A DNA stretch of 41,357 nt. Source: Bacteroidia bacterium. GTDB taxonomy: Bacteria > Bacteroidota > Bacteroidia > UKL13-3. A program made the translations under genes and the position numbers. The notes under the pieces were generated by a model. The model ran no database searches. It had not been told where the DNA came from and was given only the letters and a program-made list of their open reading frames with translations. The stretch covers positions 1 through 41,357 of the forward strand of contig JBMLOK010000068.1 in assembly GCA_049243005.1 (NCBI GenBank), given 5' to 3'. Below are positions 7,501-15,710 of this stretch, piece after piece (the stretch's first letter is position 1; every line of letters starts with the position of its first letter).

Positions 7501-10125
7501 CGAAACCACCTGGAGATGTTAATATGGGGAGGCAGATTGGGCACATGGGACTGGAATCTTGTATCTAATGAAATTGTATTTAATGAAAGATGGGCTGAAA
7601 TGTTGGGATATGAAGGAGCACAAATAAAATTAGCTTATTCTGATTGGGAGAAAACCATATTAAAAAGTGATTTACCAAAAGTAAAAGAGGCATTAGAATT
7701 AACAATCAAAGGAGAACGTTCTTTTTATGAATTAGAGTACCGTTGCATAGGCTTAAATGGTAAAATAATCTGGATGTATTCAACAGGAAAAGTTATTGAG
7801 AAGAATAAAAAGAAAAAACCACTTCGTATCTTAGGAATTCATCAAGACATTACAGAAAAAAAAGATACTGAATCAAAAATAAGAACAATTGAAGACAGAA
7901 ATAATGCCATTGTTTCAACATTAAATGAAGGTATAGTAATTCAAAATTTAGATGGTGAAATAATCTCTTGTAATTCCAGTGCAGAGAAATTATTAGGTAT
8001 ATCATTTGATCAAATGATTGGAAAATCATCTATTGATCCAATATGGAAAACGATAAAAGAAGATGGAAGTGAATTTCCGGGAGAAGAGCACCCTGCAATG
8101 AAGACTCTTAAGACAGGCGTGGCACAATCTGATGTTGTGATGGGTATCATTAAACCAAACGGCGAATTAACTTGGATTAATGTTTATGCTCATTTATTAT
8201 ATCATACCGATAGCAAAATTCCATATGCTGTATTTACTATTTTCCATGATTTTACAGATAGAAAAAAAGCAGAAGAAGAATTAGAAAAGAATAAAAATCT
8301 ATTAAATGATACAGGAAGAGTTGCACAAATTGGAGGTTGGGAATTTGACTTAAAATCGAAACAAATTACGTGGACTGAAGAAACTTTTAGGATTCATGAG
8401 TATTATGAAAATAGTGCCCCAGATTTAGAAACCATAAGAGCATTCTTTGATGAAACCAATCTGCCAATTTTAGACAATGCCTTTAAAATGGCAATTGAAA
8501 AGGATATTCCTTTTGATTTAGAATTAAAACTAAAAACTCTATTAGGAAATGAAAAATGGGTAAGAATTATTGGAAAAGGAAAATATGATGCTGAGGGAAT
8601 AACTAAAATAATTGGAAGTGTTCAAAACATAACTAAAATTAAAAAACAAGAACTAGAATTACATTCAGAAAAAACAAGGTTAAATGGAATCATTGAAGGA
8701 ACGAATGTAGGAACATGGGAATGGGATGTTAGAACCAATATAACTATTTTTAACGACAGATGGGCTAGCATGTTGGGTTATACATTAGAAGAATTGGCTC
8801 CTATTAGTTTTCAAACCTGGGTTGATTTAGCACATCCTATAGATTTGAAAAATGCGAATGCTCAAATACAAAAACATCTTCAAAAAGAGATTGACTACTA
8901 TGAAGTTGAAATGAGAATGCGCCACAAAAATGGCGATTGGAAATGGATTTTAACCAGAGGTAAAATAGTTAAAACAGATGAAAACAATGAACCTATTCAA
9001 CTTTCCGGAATTCATATTGATATAACTCAAAGTAAGCTGCTGGAAGAAGAACTCAAAAAACTTTCAATTGTTGCAGAGCGAACCTCAAATGCTGTTGTGG
9101 TTTCTGATAATTTGGGTAGGATTACCTGGGTAAATGAATCGTTTACAAAAATTACCGGATATAAATTAGATGAAGTTAAAGGCAAAAAACCAAAATCAAT
9201 TTTTCATTACCAGGGTACCAATCCTGAGACAATAAAATACCTTCATAATAAATTAAAAAAATTGGAAGATGCAAAATGTGAAATTAAAAACAGAGGCAAA
9301 TTTGGTCAAGAATATTGGATTGATTTAGAAATCAAAGCATTGTTTGACCAGAGTGGTGTTCATACAGGATTTATGGCAGTTCAGGCAGATATTACAGAAA
9401 GTAGAAAAGCTGAACAAGTCTTAAAACATAAAAATGAACAACTTGAAAATATCAATAAAGAATTAGAACAATTTGTATATATAGCTTCTCATGATTTACA
9501 AGAACCATTATTAACAATTAGAAATTGTGCTGAGATTATTAAATCTGAAATGGCTGTAAATCTTGATGAAGAAATGAATATGTACCTCGATTTCATTTTT
9601 CAGTCGAGTGAAAGATTAAGAGAGTTAATTAAAGGCTTGATGCAATATTCAAGAATCGGAAGAGAACGAAGAATTGAAGAAATTAATTTAAATAACCTGC
9701 TATTAGATATAAAGAAGGACTTACAATTTTCGATTGAAGAAAGTTCATCAATAATTAAGTACGATGAATTACCAACAGTTAATGCTTATCCAACTGAATT
9801 GAGGTTATTGTTTCAAAACCTAATTAGTAATTCAATCAAATTCAGGACCCTGAATTCTCAAACTATTATTGAAATTACCTGCACTGAATCTGATGAAAAC
9901 TGGTCATTTATGGTTGAGGACAATGGCATTGGGGTTGATCCCAAAAACTTAGAAAAAGTATTTATTATTTTTAAAAGACTTCACAACCGTGATGAGTATG
10001 AAGGAACTGGAATCGGATTGGCACATTGTAAAAAAATCATTGAATTACATGGTGGCAAAATCTGGATGGAATCTGAAAAAGGTAAAGGTTGTAAAGTAAT
10101 TTTCACTATCCCTAAAAACCAATAA
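4561..10125 (+). CDS. CheB-CheR fusion multi-PAS sensor histidine kinase
   Basis: CheB triad motifs GASAGG, QHLSP, GSDG. CheR motifs RIWIPGCSNGEEAYS, FATDIS, SCRNLLIYL. EELQSSN coiled coil. About 7 PAS/PAC units (GTWDW/GGWEF/GTWEW starts, DITxxK ends). H-box ASHDLQEPL, N-box NLISNSIKF, DNGIG, GTGIGLA. No transmembrane segment seen. Confidence 0.93.
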   Translation: MNVAVQKNMPIGIGIGASAGGLEALEIVFENLPESLQKKVYFVVAQHLSPKHSSLLVPILSKVSKFPVVQAENNKIVEAGKIYITPPDSDIQIKKGTIKLSKPKNKLGPKPSVDKLFESIAQEYKEKAIGIILSGTGSDGSLGVIKIKENGGNSIVQYPESAKYDGMPHSAIQTGCVNYESYAEHIGAKIVELLNFKKRKVQTHSRQEETRRIFKEIQLEFGTDFNQYKMTTILRRIEKRMLFLSIPNYSDYTQLIINNKEEKNILYQSFLIGVSGFFRDAELFKNLELEIEKKIKADEIKENFRIWIPGCSNGEEAYSICMMVDYLFTTKYKIRSNIQIFATDISNKSLLVARKGIYEIGLRNKISKELIQSYTIDQNSEFLIDKSIRSKVLFSQHDLTNNPPFLNIDLISCRNLLIYLNQDVQKRIFSIFHYSLNEKGILFLGKSESISGSEELFEVLNSKSKIFQKKHVHSKRLIKLGHFKPLKNSLNKDEQILSKKDYLMNQKELIREKIIHLIEPIYLIVSENLEILETHGKISEILEIAEGNIHMNLSSLLRKSLLTEVKKLILQCNKLGENKSSIVNNVFVDGIQISYKISVGHLSEYNNPGYNKAVLLVFEKIESIKQKPFKPEDFNSQRLIEVEQELEITKIHLQSYIDEIETTNQELQSLNEELQSSNEELQSSNEELETSNEELQASNEELQTAYSEIKHINQELEIKEKELIESNNLFYSMFENSPQGNILLDPNLSLILFNEPAKKIISQIGLGKLEKSKNILDIIGNHADFDRILAAIRKVQLEKKSFFENLRTKTNLEIFHTELHITPILLNGNIQYISLNLIDLSNLVKKEEEIFERDEMLNSLLESNTTFLIRLDLLGNYTYVNNAFCQKFGVSPSEIIGKNYLTTIHPDDLSECEKTGYQILTQPNLIHKSQIRKPKANGVYIDTDWEYVAIQNNEGIIKEIQGVGRDITDQKKMLLDLEEERNHLEMLIWGGRLGTWDWNLVSNEIVFNERWAEMLGYEGAQIKLAYSDWEKTILKSDLPKVKEALELTIKGERSFYELEYRCIGLNGKIIWMYSTGKVIEKNKKKKPLRILGIHQDITEKKDTESKIRTIEDRNNAIVSTLNEGIVIQNLDGEIISCNSSAEKLLGISFDQMIGKSSIDPIWKTIKEDGSEFPGEEHPAMKTLKTGVAQSDVVMGIIKPNGELTWINVYAHLLYHTDSKIPYAVFTIFHDFTDRKKAEEELEKNKNLLNDTGRVAQIGGWEFDLKSKQITWTEETFRIHEYYENSAPDLETIRAFFDETNLPILDNAFKMAIEKDIPFDLELKLKTLLGNEKWVRIIGKGKYDAEGITKIIGSVQNITKIKKQELELHSEKTRLNGIIEGTNVGTWEWDVRTNITIFNDRWASMLGYTLEELAPISFQTWVDLAHPIDLKNANAQIQKHLQKEIDYYEVEMRMRHKNGDWKWILTRGKIVKTDENNEPIQLSGIHIDITQSKLLEEELKKLSIVAERTSNAVVVSDNLGRITWVNESFTKITGYKLDEVKGKKPKSIFHYQGTNPETIKYLHNKLKKLEDAKCEIKNRGKFGQEYWIDLEIKALFDQSGVHTGFMAVQADITESRKAEQVLKHKNEQLENINKELEQFVYIASHDLQEPLLTIRNCAEIIKSEMAVNLDEEMNMYLDFIFQSSERLRELIKGLMQYSRIGRERRIEEINLNNLLLDIKKDLQFSIEESSSIIKYDELPTVNAYPTELRLLFQNLISNSIKFRTLNSQTIIEITCTESDENWSFMVEDNGIGVDPKNLEKVFIIFKRLHNRDEYEGTGIGLAHCKKIIELHGGKIWMESEKGKGCKVIFTIPKNQ
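6550..6675 (+). repeat. Six imperfect 21-bp in-frame tandem repeats encoding N[EQ]EL[QE][STA][SLA] heptads
   Basis: Units aatcaggaacttcaatcatta, aatgaagaacttcaatcatct, aatgaggaactacaatcatct, aatgaagaattagaaacaagt, aatgaagaattacaggcttct, aatgaagagttacaaacagct. Confidence 0.85.
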
Positions 10126-10127
10126 AC

Positions 10128-10529
10128 ATGAGAAACTTAAACTGTATTTTACTGGTAGATGACGACAATGCTACCAATATGTTGAATTCATTCGTAATTA
10201 AAAAAATGGAACTGACAAAAACCATAAAAGTAGTCTTAAATGGAAGTGAAGCACTGGACTATTTACAATCTATTTCAGAAGAGGAGCAATGTCCTGAATT
10301 TATTTTCTTAGACATCAATATGCCCAAAATGGATGGATGGGAATTTTTGAAGGAATACCGTGAAATGAATGTAGAAAGACAAAGGGCAAAAGTAATTTTA
10401 CTTACTACATCAGAAAATCCGGATGATATTGAAAAAGCTAAAAACTACCCCGAGATTCAGGAATATTGCAATAAACCATTAACTAAAGAAATAATTTTAA
10501 ATCTGGTCAATAAATATTATCCTGAATAA
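10128..10529 (+). CDS. Single-domain response regulator (receiver only)
   Basis: LLVDDD, IFLDINMPKMDG (phosphoacceptor Asp), LLTTS, NKPL. Starts 2 nt after the kinase stop. Confidence 0.93.
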   Translation: MRNLNCILLVDDDNATNMLNSFVIKKMELTKTIKVVLNGSEALDYLQSISEEEQCPEFIFLDINMPKMDGWEFLKEYREMNVERQRAKVILLTTSENPDDIEKAKNYPEIQEYCNKPLTKEIILNLVNKYYPE

Positions 10530-10538
10530 GCTAAAAAA

Positions 10539-10874
10539 CTAAGTCTTAAACTCGAATATTTTCTCCATTAACTGCCACTTCTCTCCTATTTTAGAACCGG
10601 GAATTGCTTGTTGGTATTTCCACATCAAATCTTCCCAAAGCAATACCTTTTCGCTCGCGAAATCAATTTTGTTTTTCTCTTCAAAACTAAATGAATCGCT
10701 TGTTTCAATTCGCATCATTAAGCGATTATGAACACGAAATATTTCACAACTTGTTATGCCGGATTCTTTGATTTTTTCTAATACCTCCGGCCAAACATTT
10801 TGGTGATAATCTTCATATTCCTGAATAGATTTTTCATCATTTATTAAATCTAAAGCAAGGTAAAATGTTTTCAT
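10539..10874 (-). CDS. L-rhamnose/L-fucose mutarotase (RhaM family)
   Basis: EYEDYHQNVWPEV motif (Tyr and catalytic His), IKESGI, WEDLMWKYQ, EKWQLMEKIF. Confidence 0.9.
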   Translation of the reverse strand: MKTFYLALDLINDEKSIQEYEDYHQNVWPEVLEKIKESGITSCEIFRVHNRLMMRIETSDSFSFEEKNKIDFASEKVLLWEDLMWKYQQAIPGSKIGEKWQLMEKIFEFKT

Positions 10875-12097
10875 ATTCTAATTAATTTAGAGGCATAAAA
10901 AGCAATCCAAACAAAAGCAAACATTGGCAATAAGAAAGCAAACTGAATATTAGAGCTATCAGAAATCAAACCCATAAACAAAGGAAAAATTGCCCCACCT
11001 ACAATTGTCATAATGATTAATGAGGAAGCCATTCCTGCTCTTTCATTAAGTCCTTTTACCCCATTGGAAAAGATACTTGGAAACATAATCGACATAAAAA
11101 ACATACTTGCCATTAAAGCATATACTGTGAGATAATTCTGAGAAACCATTACAATAAGCAGTAATACAACATTAATAATTGCATAAACCATTAATAACAA
11201 ATTTGGCTTTATATAATTCATTAAAAATGCGCCAATAAATCTACCCGACATAAATAAAAACAAAGCAACAGATAAATATAAAGCTGCGGTTTTATCTGAA
11301 ATTCCAGTTTGAGAAACAGCTAATCTTATAAAAAAACTACCTATTCCAACCTGTGCACCTACATATAAAAATTGTGCTAACATTGCTTGTCTAAGTGAAT
11401 TAGATTCTTTTAACAATTTAATATATGAACCAGAATCTGATGACTTTTTCTCTAATTCTGGTAAAGGTAAAAACATAAAAATTAAAGCAACAGCCAATAC
11501 AATTGATGCAATAACCAAATATGGAGTCTGAACAGATGCAGCTTCCTGAAGTAATTTATCATGAAGGTCTGAACTGCTTAAACCACTTGTATTTTCTGAT
11601 GTAAATATATTTCCTGAAAGAATAAACCTGCTACCAAATAAGGCTGCTAAAGTAGCTCCCAATCCGTTAAATGATTGTGCAAAATTCAATCGTTTTGTTG
11701 CGGTTTCGGCATCACCTAAAACAGTTACATAAGGATTAGCAGCAGTTTCAAGAAAAGTCAAACCGGTTGCTACTATAAACAATGCAATTAAAAAGAAGGA
11801 ATAGGATAAAATGAGAGATGCCGGATAAAAAAGAAATGCACCTATTGAAAATAACAAAAGTCCAATGACAATAGTTATTCGATAGCCCCATCTATTTATA
11901 AACAAAGAAGCAGGAATAGCCATTAAGAAATAAGCAATATAAAAAGATGAATCAACTAAGGCTGATTGCATATCATTGAGCTGACAAGCTTTTTTCAGAT
12001 GAGGAATTAAAATGGGATTAAGATTATGTGCCAAAGCCCATAAAAAGAACAAACTCAGAATTGAAACAAAGGCAATTTTTGTATTTACTTTCTTCAT
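10871..12097 (-). CDS. fucP: L-fucose:H+ symporter-family MFS permease
   Basis: About 12 hydrophobic segments; LFFLWALAHNLNPILI, TGLTFLETAANPY, RLNFAQSFNGLG, AQFLYVGAQV, FMSIMFPSIF, IVGGAIFP. Overlaps the mutarotase start (ATGA). Confidence 0.88.
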   Translation of the reverse strand: MKKVNTKIAFVSILSLFFLWALAHNLNPILIPHLKKACQLNDMQSALVDSSFYIAYFLMAIPASLFINRWGYRITIVIGLLLFSIGAFLFYPASLILSYSFFLIALFIVATGLTFLETAANPYVTVLGDAETATKRLNFAQSFNGLGATLAALFGSRFILSGNIFTSENTSGLSSSDLHDKLLQEAASVQTPYLVIASIVLAVALIFMFLPLPELEKKSSDSGSYIKLLKESNSLRQAMLAQFLYVGAQVGIGSFFIRLAVSQTGISDKTAALYLSVALFLFMSGRFIGAFLMNYIKPNLLLMVYAIINVVLLLIVMVSQNYLTVYALMASMFFMSIMFPSIFSNGVKGLNERAGMASSLIIMTIVGGAIFPLFMGLISDSSNIQFAFLLPMFAFVWIAFYASKLIRI

Positions 12098-12100
12098 GTT

Positions 12101-13246
12101 TTATTTTCTTCTTATTTGAATTTGGATAGCATTATCGATTGGTTTATCTGAACATAATATCAAGTATCCTCCTCCACCGGCGCCGCTTAATTTATAACCA
12201 TATACAGAATCCTTATAAACATCTATTATATTAAAGATATCTTCATTTACCATATTGGGAAACATGGCAATTTGAGCTTCAAACGACAATCGCATAGATT
12301 CACCAAATAATTTTAAATCCTTATTTATAGCAGCATTCCAACAAGATTCGGCAGCCTGTGATAAAGCATTTGCATAATACTTATTAATATTGGTATCAGC
12401 TAAAACATGGTAATCGTGTTTACGCTCACCTAAACTAATTAGGTATAAATTTTGCTCAATAAAACTTAATACATCTTCATCAAAAACTGAATCAATTTTA
12501 GATGGCCAGTATTGAGCTTCATAAAAACTTCGATTTAATCCGGCATAAACAATTCCAATTGCATCTTGTGAACCGGCAATCTCTGTTTTACCAGGAGGAT
12601 TTTCATATGAAAATAAAATCTTTGCTGTTTTTTCGGAATTTGAATCGGGTAATTGATTTTGCCATAATTCAGTTGCAACCCTTCTGGTGCTGCTAGCCAT
12701 TCCACTTCTAGAATTAAAATCGTGGCTTGGTTCTATGCTGATTGTAATAACAGGTCCGGAAGCAAACAAAGATACAAAAGGCTGATCTAGCCAACCACCT
12801 GCTAAATCAATTCTAAATGGAATGGTATTTATTTTTCGCAAATCTGTGGTTGAGCGTGCAGGAAGTCCTGTAAAAGGCGTTCTATCCAAAACAATCAATT
12901 CGATATTTTTTGAAGCACATAATTCTGCCTTTTCTTTTGAATAACCATCTTCATTAACCACAAAAATATCGGGTTGAATTCTTTCTAGCTCAGGTAAAAA
13001 ATCTAAATATCCGGAACCCTGACTGATACAAACTTCATGAACATCAATTAGTGCTTCAAGAATAAATTTTCGCTCATTTTCTGAATTCACTGGATATCTT
13101 TTCTTCAATTCGAAGACAGTTTTATCTGAGCCCAAACAAACATATACTTGTCCGAACTGTGCTGCACTTCTAATAAAAGCAATATGCCCGCTGTGCAACA
13201 AATCAAAACATCCACTGATTAGTACCTTTTTAAGTGTCTTCTCCAT
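12101..13246 (-). CDS. Bifunctional HxGH cytidylyl/adenylyltransferase-like domain plus GHMP (fucokinase-like) sugar kinase
   Basis: N-terminal SGCFDLLHSGH...GSD...RSTT. C-terminal PFRIDLAGGWLDQP, RSGMASS, GSQD, YKLSGAGGGGYL. Start moved to ATG at 13246 (MEKTLKKV) rather than the track's TTG at 13285. Confidence 0.85.
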   Translation of the reverse strand: MEKTLKKVLISGCFDLLHSGHIAFIRSAAQFGQVYVCLGSDKTVFELKKRYPVNSENERKFILEALIDVHEVCISQGSGYLDFLPELERIQPDIFVVNEDGYSKEKAELCASKNIELIVLDRTPFTGLPARSTTDLRKINTIPFRIDLAGGWLDQPFVSLFASGPVITISIEPSHDFNSRSGMASSTRRVATELWQNQLPDSNSEKTAKILFSYENPPGKTEIAGSQDAIGIVYAGLNRSFYEAQYWPSKIDSVFDEDVLSFIEQNLYLISLGERKHDYHVLADTNINKYYANALSQAAESCWNAAINKDLKLFGESMRLSFEAQIAMFPNMVNEDIFNIIDVYKDSVYGYKLSGAGGGGYLILCSDKPIDNAIQIQIRRK

Positions 13247-13359
13247 ATCTAATCGGCAAAATAGGAAAAAAGAAAAGTTTAGCAATAATCAAAATAAAGA
13301 CTTATTCTAATTTAACTTCAGCTTGATTTTTAAAAATTCAAGTAAAAGGGAGATCTAAG

Positions 13360-13746
13360 TTAATTCCTAATAATTTGATTCAAATCGGCAATCGAAAGAG
13401 GTTTACTTAAAAAGCCTTTAACAATTGAAAATTGTTTAGCCATTTCCATGTCTCTTTCATCTAATGAAGAACTCAGCATAAAAACCTTAATAGATTCAAT
13501 TAAATTAGCAGGTAGTTCATTTAATTTTTGAAGGAAGGTGATTCCATCCATATCAGGCATTCGAATATCCAATAAAACTAAAACAGGTATTAATTCCGGG
13601 TGTTTTAAATCTCTAGTTAATTGTTGAAGTGCTATTTCCGCAGAATTAAAAACCACAACCTCACATTCCCAACCTGAACGTTCTATCATTTTAGAACTTA
13701 TGAGATTGAAAATTTTATCATCGTCTATTAAATAACACCTGTTCAT
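13360..13746 (-). CDS. Single-domain response regulator (receiver only)
   Basis: YLIDDD, VLLDIRMPDMDG, MLSSS, LSKPL. Confidence 0.92.
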   Translation of the reverse strand: MNRCYLIDDDKIFNLISSKMIERSGWECEVVVFNSAEIALQQLTRDLKHPELIPVLVLLDIRMPDMDGITFLQKLNELPANLIESIKVFMLSSSLDERDMEMAKQFSIVKGFLSKPLSIADLNQIIRN

Positions 13747-13758
13747 AAAAAGTAGAAA

Positions 13759-13843
13759 TAAATTAAAATCCTTTAAAGACTATAAAGAAGTCGAATATAT
13801 TGGATTTTAATTTAAAAATTTATAAATAATGAGTAATTATTTA
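13759..13843 (-). other. Two intergenic inverted repeats between kinase and receiver genes
   Basis: TAAATTAAAATCC (13759-13771) pairs with GGATTTTAATTTA (13802-13814); TAAATAAT (13823-13830) pairs with ATTATTTA (13836-13843). Both are AT-rich. Confidence 0.45.
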
Positions 13844-13846
13844 GTT

Positions 13847-15694
13847 TTAAGACTCCTCTTCCGGTTCAAATATACTTGGTAAATAAATTGTGAAAACAGA
13901 ACCTTTGCCTAAAACTGAACTCACCTCAATTCTACCATTTAATTTTGATACAATTTCCTTGCAGATATAAAGTCCTAAACCGGTACCGGAAGTTACATTA
14001 GAAGCTCTAAAAAACATATTAAATACCTTTTGAAGATTGGCTTCACTGATACCTTCCCCATTGTCTTCAATTCTTAAGATGATTTCATCTTTCTTTTTAT
14101 AAGCTTTAACTCTTATATAAGAATTTGCAATTTCTTTTCTGGAATACTTTACTGAGTTTGCAATGATATTTTTAACTACAGTATTTAAGCGAGGTTTATC
14201 TGAACTGAATTGGAGGTTATTTTCAATATCCAACATCAAATCAACATTATGGTCTGAATAGTATTTTACATCATTAAAAGCATTCGTAACTATCTCTTTT
14301 ATATTAATAAACTCTGGTCTGATACCCAATCTAGCATTTCTTGAATAATCTAAAATTTCTTTTATGGTTTCATCCATTCTGGAAACAGATTCAGCAACTA
14401 ATCCTAAGTACTGTTCGTTTTCTTGGGTGTCAACAGATTTTATATCTATTAAGGCTAACAATCCTTTAATTGCTAATAAAGGCGCTCTTAAATCATGTGA
14501 AACACTGTATACAAAATTATCAAGTTCTGAATTGATTTTCTTTAATTCAGCATTATTTAAAATAAGTTCTTTTTGAGCTAAATGTCTTTTTTCTTCAACA
14601 GCAATGGCAGCTGCAATAATTCCAATGATTTGTTTGTCTTCATCCGTTGGTTGAGTTGCGCTAGCAAAACAGACTCCCAAAATACCGGTTGTCGTGCCTT
14701 CCAGATTAACTTTTCTTCCTATAGTTCTAAACTGATGAACATCTGTACCTTTACTATTCATTTCAGATTTAAATTCCGGAGGAATATGAGAATCTATGGT
14801 AGTTTCGTCTTTAGAATTCCTAATAAATGTTTTTAAATAAACTATATCATTTACAGAAAGAAAAATTGGAGATTGACTAGTTTTCGAACATGAGTATGAA
14901 AATAAATCTAATTTATCTAATCCTTTATAAAAGCAAAAATCTGCATTTAACAATTCACAAGCCACATCAGTAAGTTTTCCTATATTTTCAATTGGACTCG
15001 AACCAAAACCCAGGAAAACTTTTGCTAAACGAGAAAGGCGATTTTCAGAAGATTGAATTCGTTTAGCTTTTTGAAGGCTATTAAACTGAGATAATACCTG
15101 CTGAGCAAATAAACCAAAAGCATTTGCTCTTCTTTCATCGACAGGATTGTAACTTAATGCGCCCGATTTGAGTACGCCACCAACCATGTAAATAGAAACA
15201 TTTAATTCCTGATTTACGGCCCTAGTAAGCATGAGTTGATTGAAGGGAATTAGGTTGCTTAAATCATCCCATTGGCCATCATTTAACTTAAGTACTTTTC
15301 CGCTATCATAATAACTTAAATTTCCATTTAAGAGATTATAAATCCGATATGCTTCTTCATTTTGGAGAGAAAAACCCTCCATTTCATAACTAAGTAAAAA
15401 CTGGTTATTCTGACTTGAAACAATTACCAAACCTATTTCAAATTCAAAAATATCAATTATGGATTCCGCTACTAACAATAAGAAATCAGATTCTTCACTT
15501 TCCTCAAATGCTTCCTTATTAAAAGCATTCATACGCTTATGCATCACCACCTCGCTATCTAAGCGATCACGAACATTTATCAGCGATTGTTCAACAGCAG
15601 AAAATCGTGAGATCCTCAGCTGTAAATCTCTGAATTGATTAATTAATTGTTCCTTGCTTAAATCTTCAAGATCTGTATGAGTTAATATCCCCAT
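13847..15694 (-). CDS. Cytoplasmic sensor histidine kinase (probable GAF-like domains, HisKA, HATPase_c)
   Basis: H-box FVYSVSHDLRAPL, NIIANSVKY, DNGEGI, FFRAS, GTGLGLYI. GAF-like end motif GILGVCF...PTDEDKQIIGIIAAAIA. No transmembrane helix seen. Confidence 0.9.
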   Translation of the reverse strand: MGILTHTDLEDLSKEQLINQFRDLQLRISRFSAVEQSLINVRDRLDSEVVMHKRMNAFNKEAFEESEESDFLLLVAESIIDIFEFEIGLVIVSSQNNQFLLSYEMEGFSLQNEEAYRIYNLLNGNLSYYDSGKVLKLNDGQWDDLSNLIPFNQLMLTRAVNQELNVSIYMVGGVLKSGALSYNPVDERRANAFGLFAQQVLSQFNSLQKAKRIQSSENRLSRLAKVFLGFGSSPIENIGKLTDVACELLNADFCFYKGLDKLDLFSYSCSKTSQSPIFLSVNDIVYLKTFIRNSKDETTIDSHIPPEFKSEMNSKGTDVHQFRTIGRKVNLEGTTTGILGVCFASATQPTDEDKQIIGIIAAAIAVEEKRHLAQKELILNNAELKKINSELDNFVYSVSHDLRAPLLAIKGLLALIDIKSVDTQENEQYLGLVAESVSRMDETIKEILDYSRNARLGIRPEFINIKEIVTNAFNDVKYYSDHNVDLMLDIENNLQFSSDKPRLNTVVKNIIANSVKYSRKEIANSYIRVKAYKKKDEIILRIEDNGEGISEANLQKVFNMFFRASNVTSGTGLGLYICKEIVSKLNGRIEVSSVLGKGSVFTIYLPSIFEPEEES

Positions 15695-15710
15695 AGTAAA
15701 ATTAGTGATA

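Noticed and set aside
4561-10125. Chemotaxis operon
   Set aside because: No cheA, cheW, MCP or flagellar genes; CheB and CheR are domains of a class I histidine kinase.
12101-13246. Calling the fusion hldE/rfaE, tagD or fkp
   Set aside because: The kinase is GHMP-type rather than PfkB (not HldE), TagD has no kinase domain, and Fkp is far longer with a different pyrophosphorylase fold.
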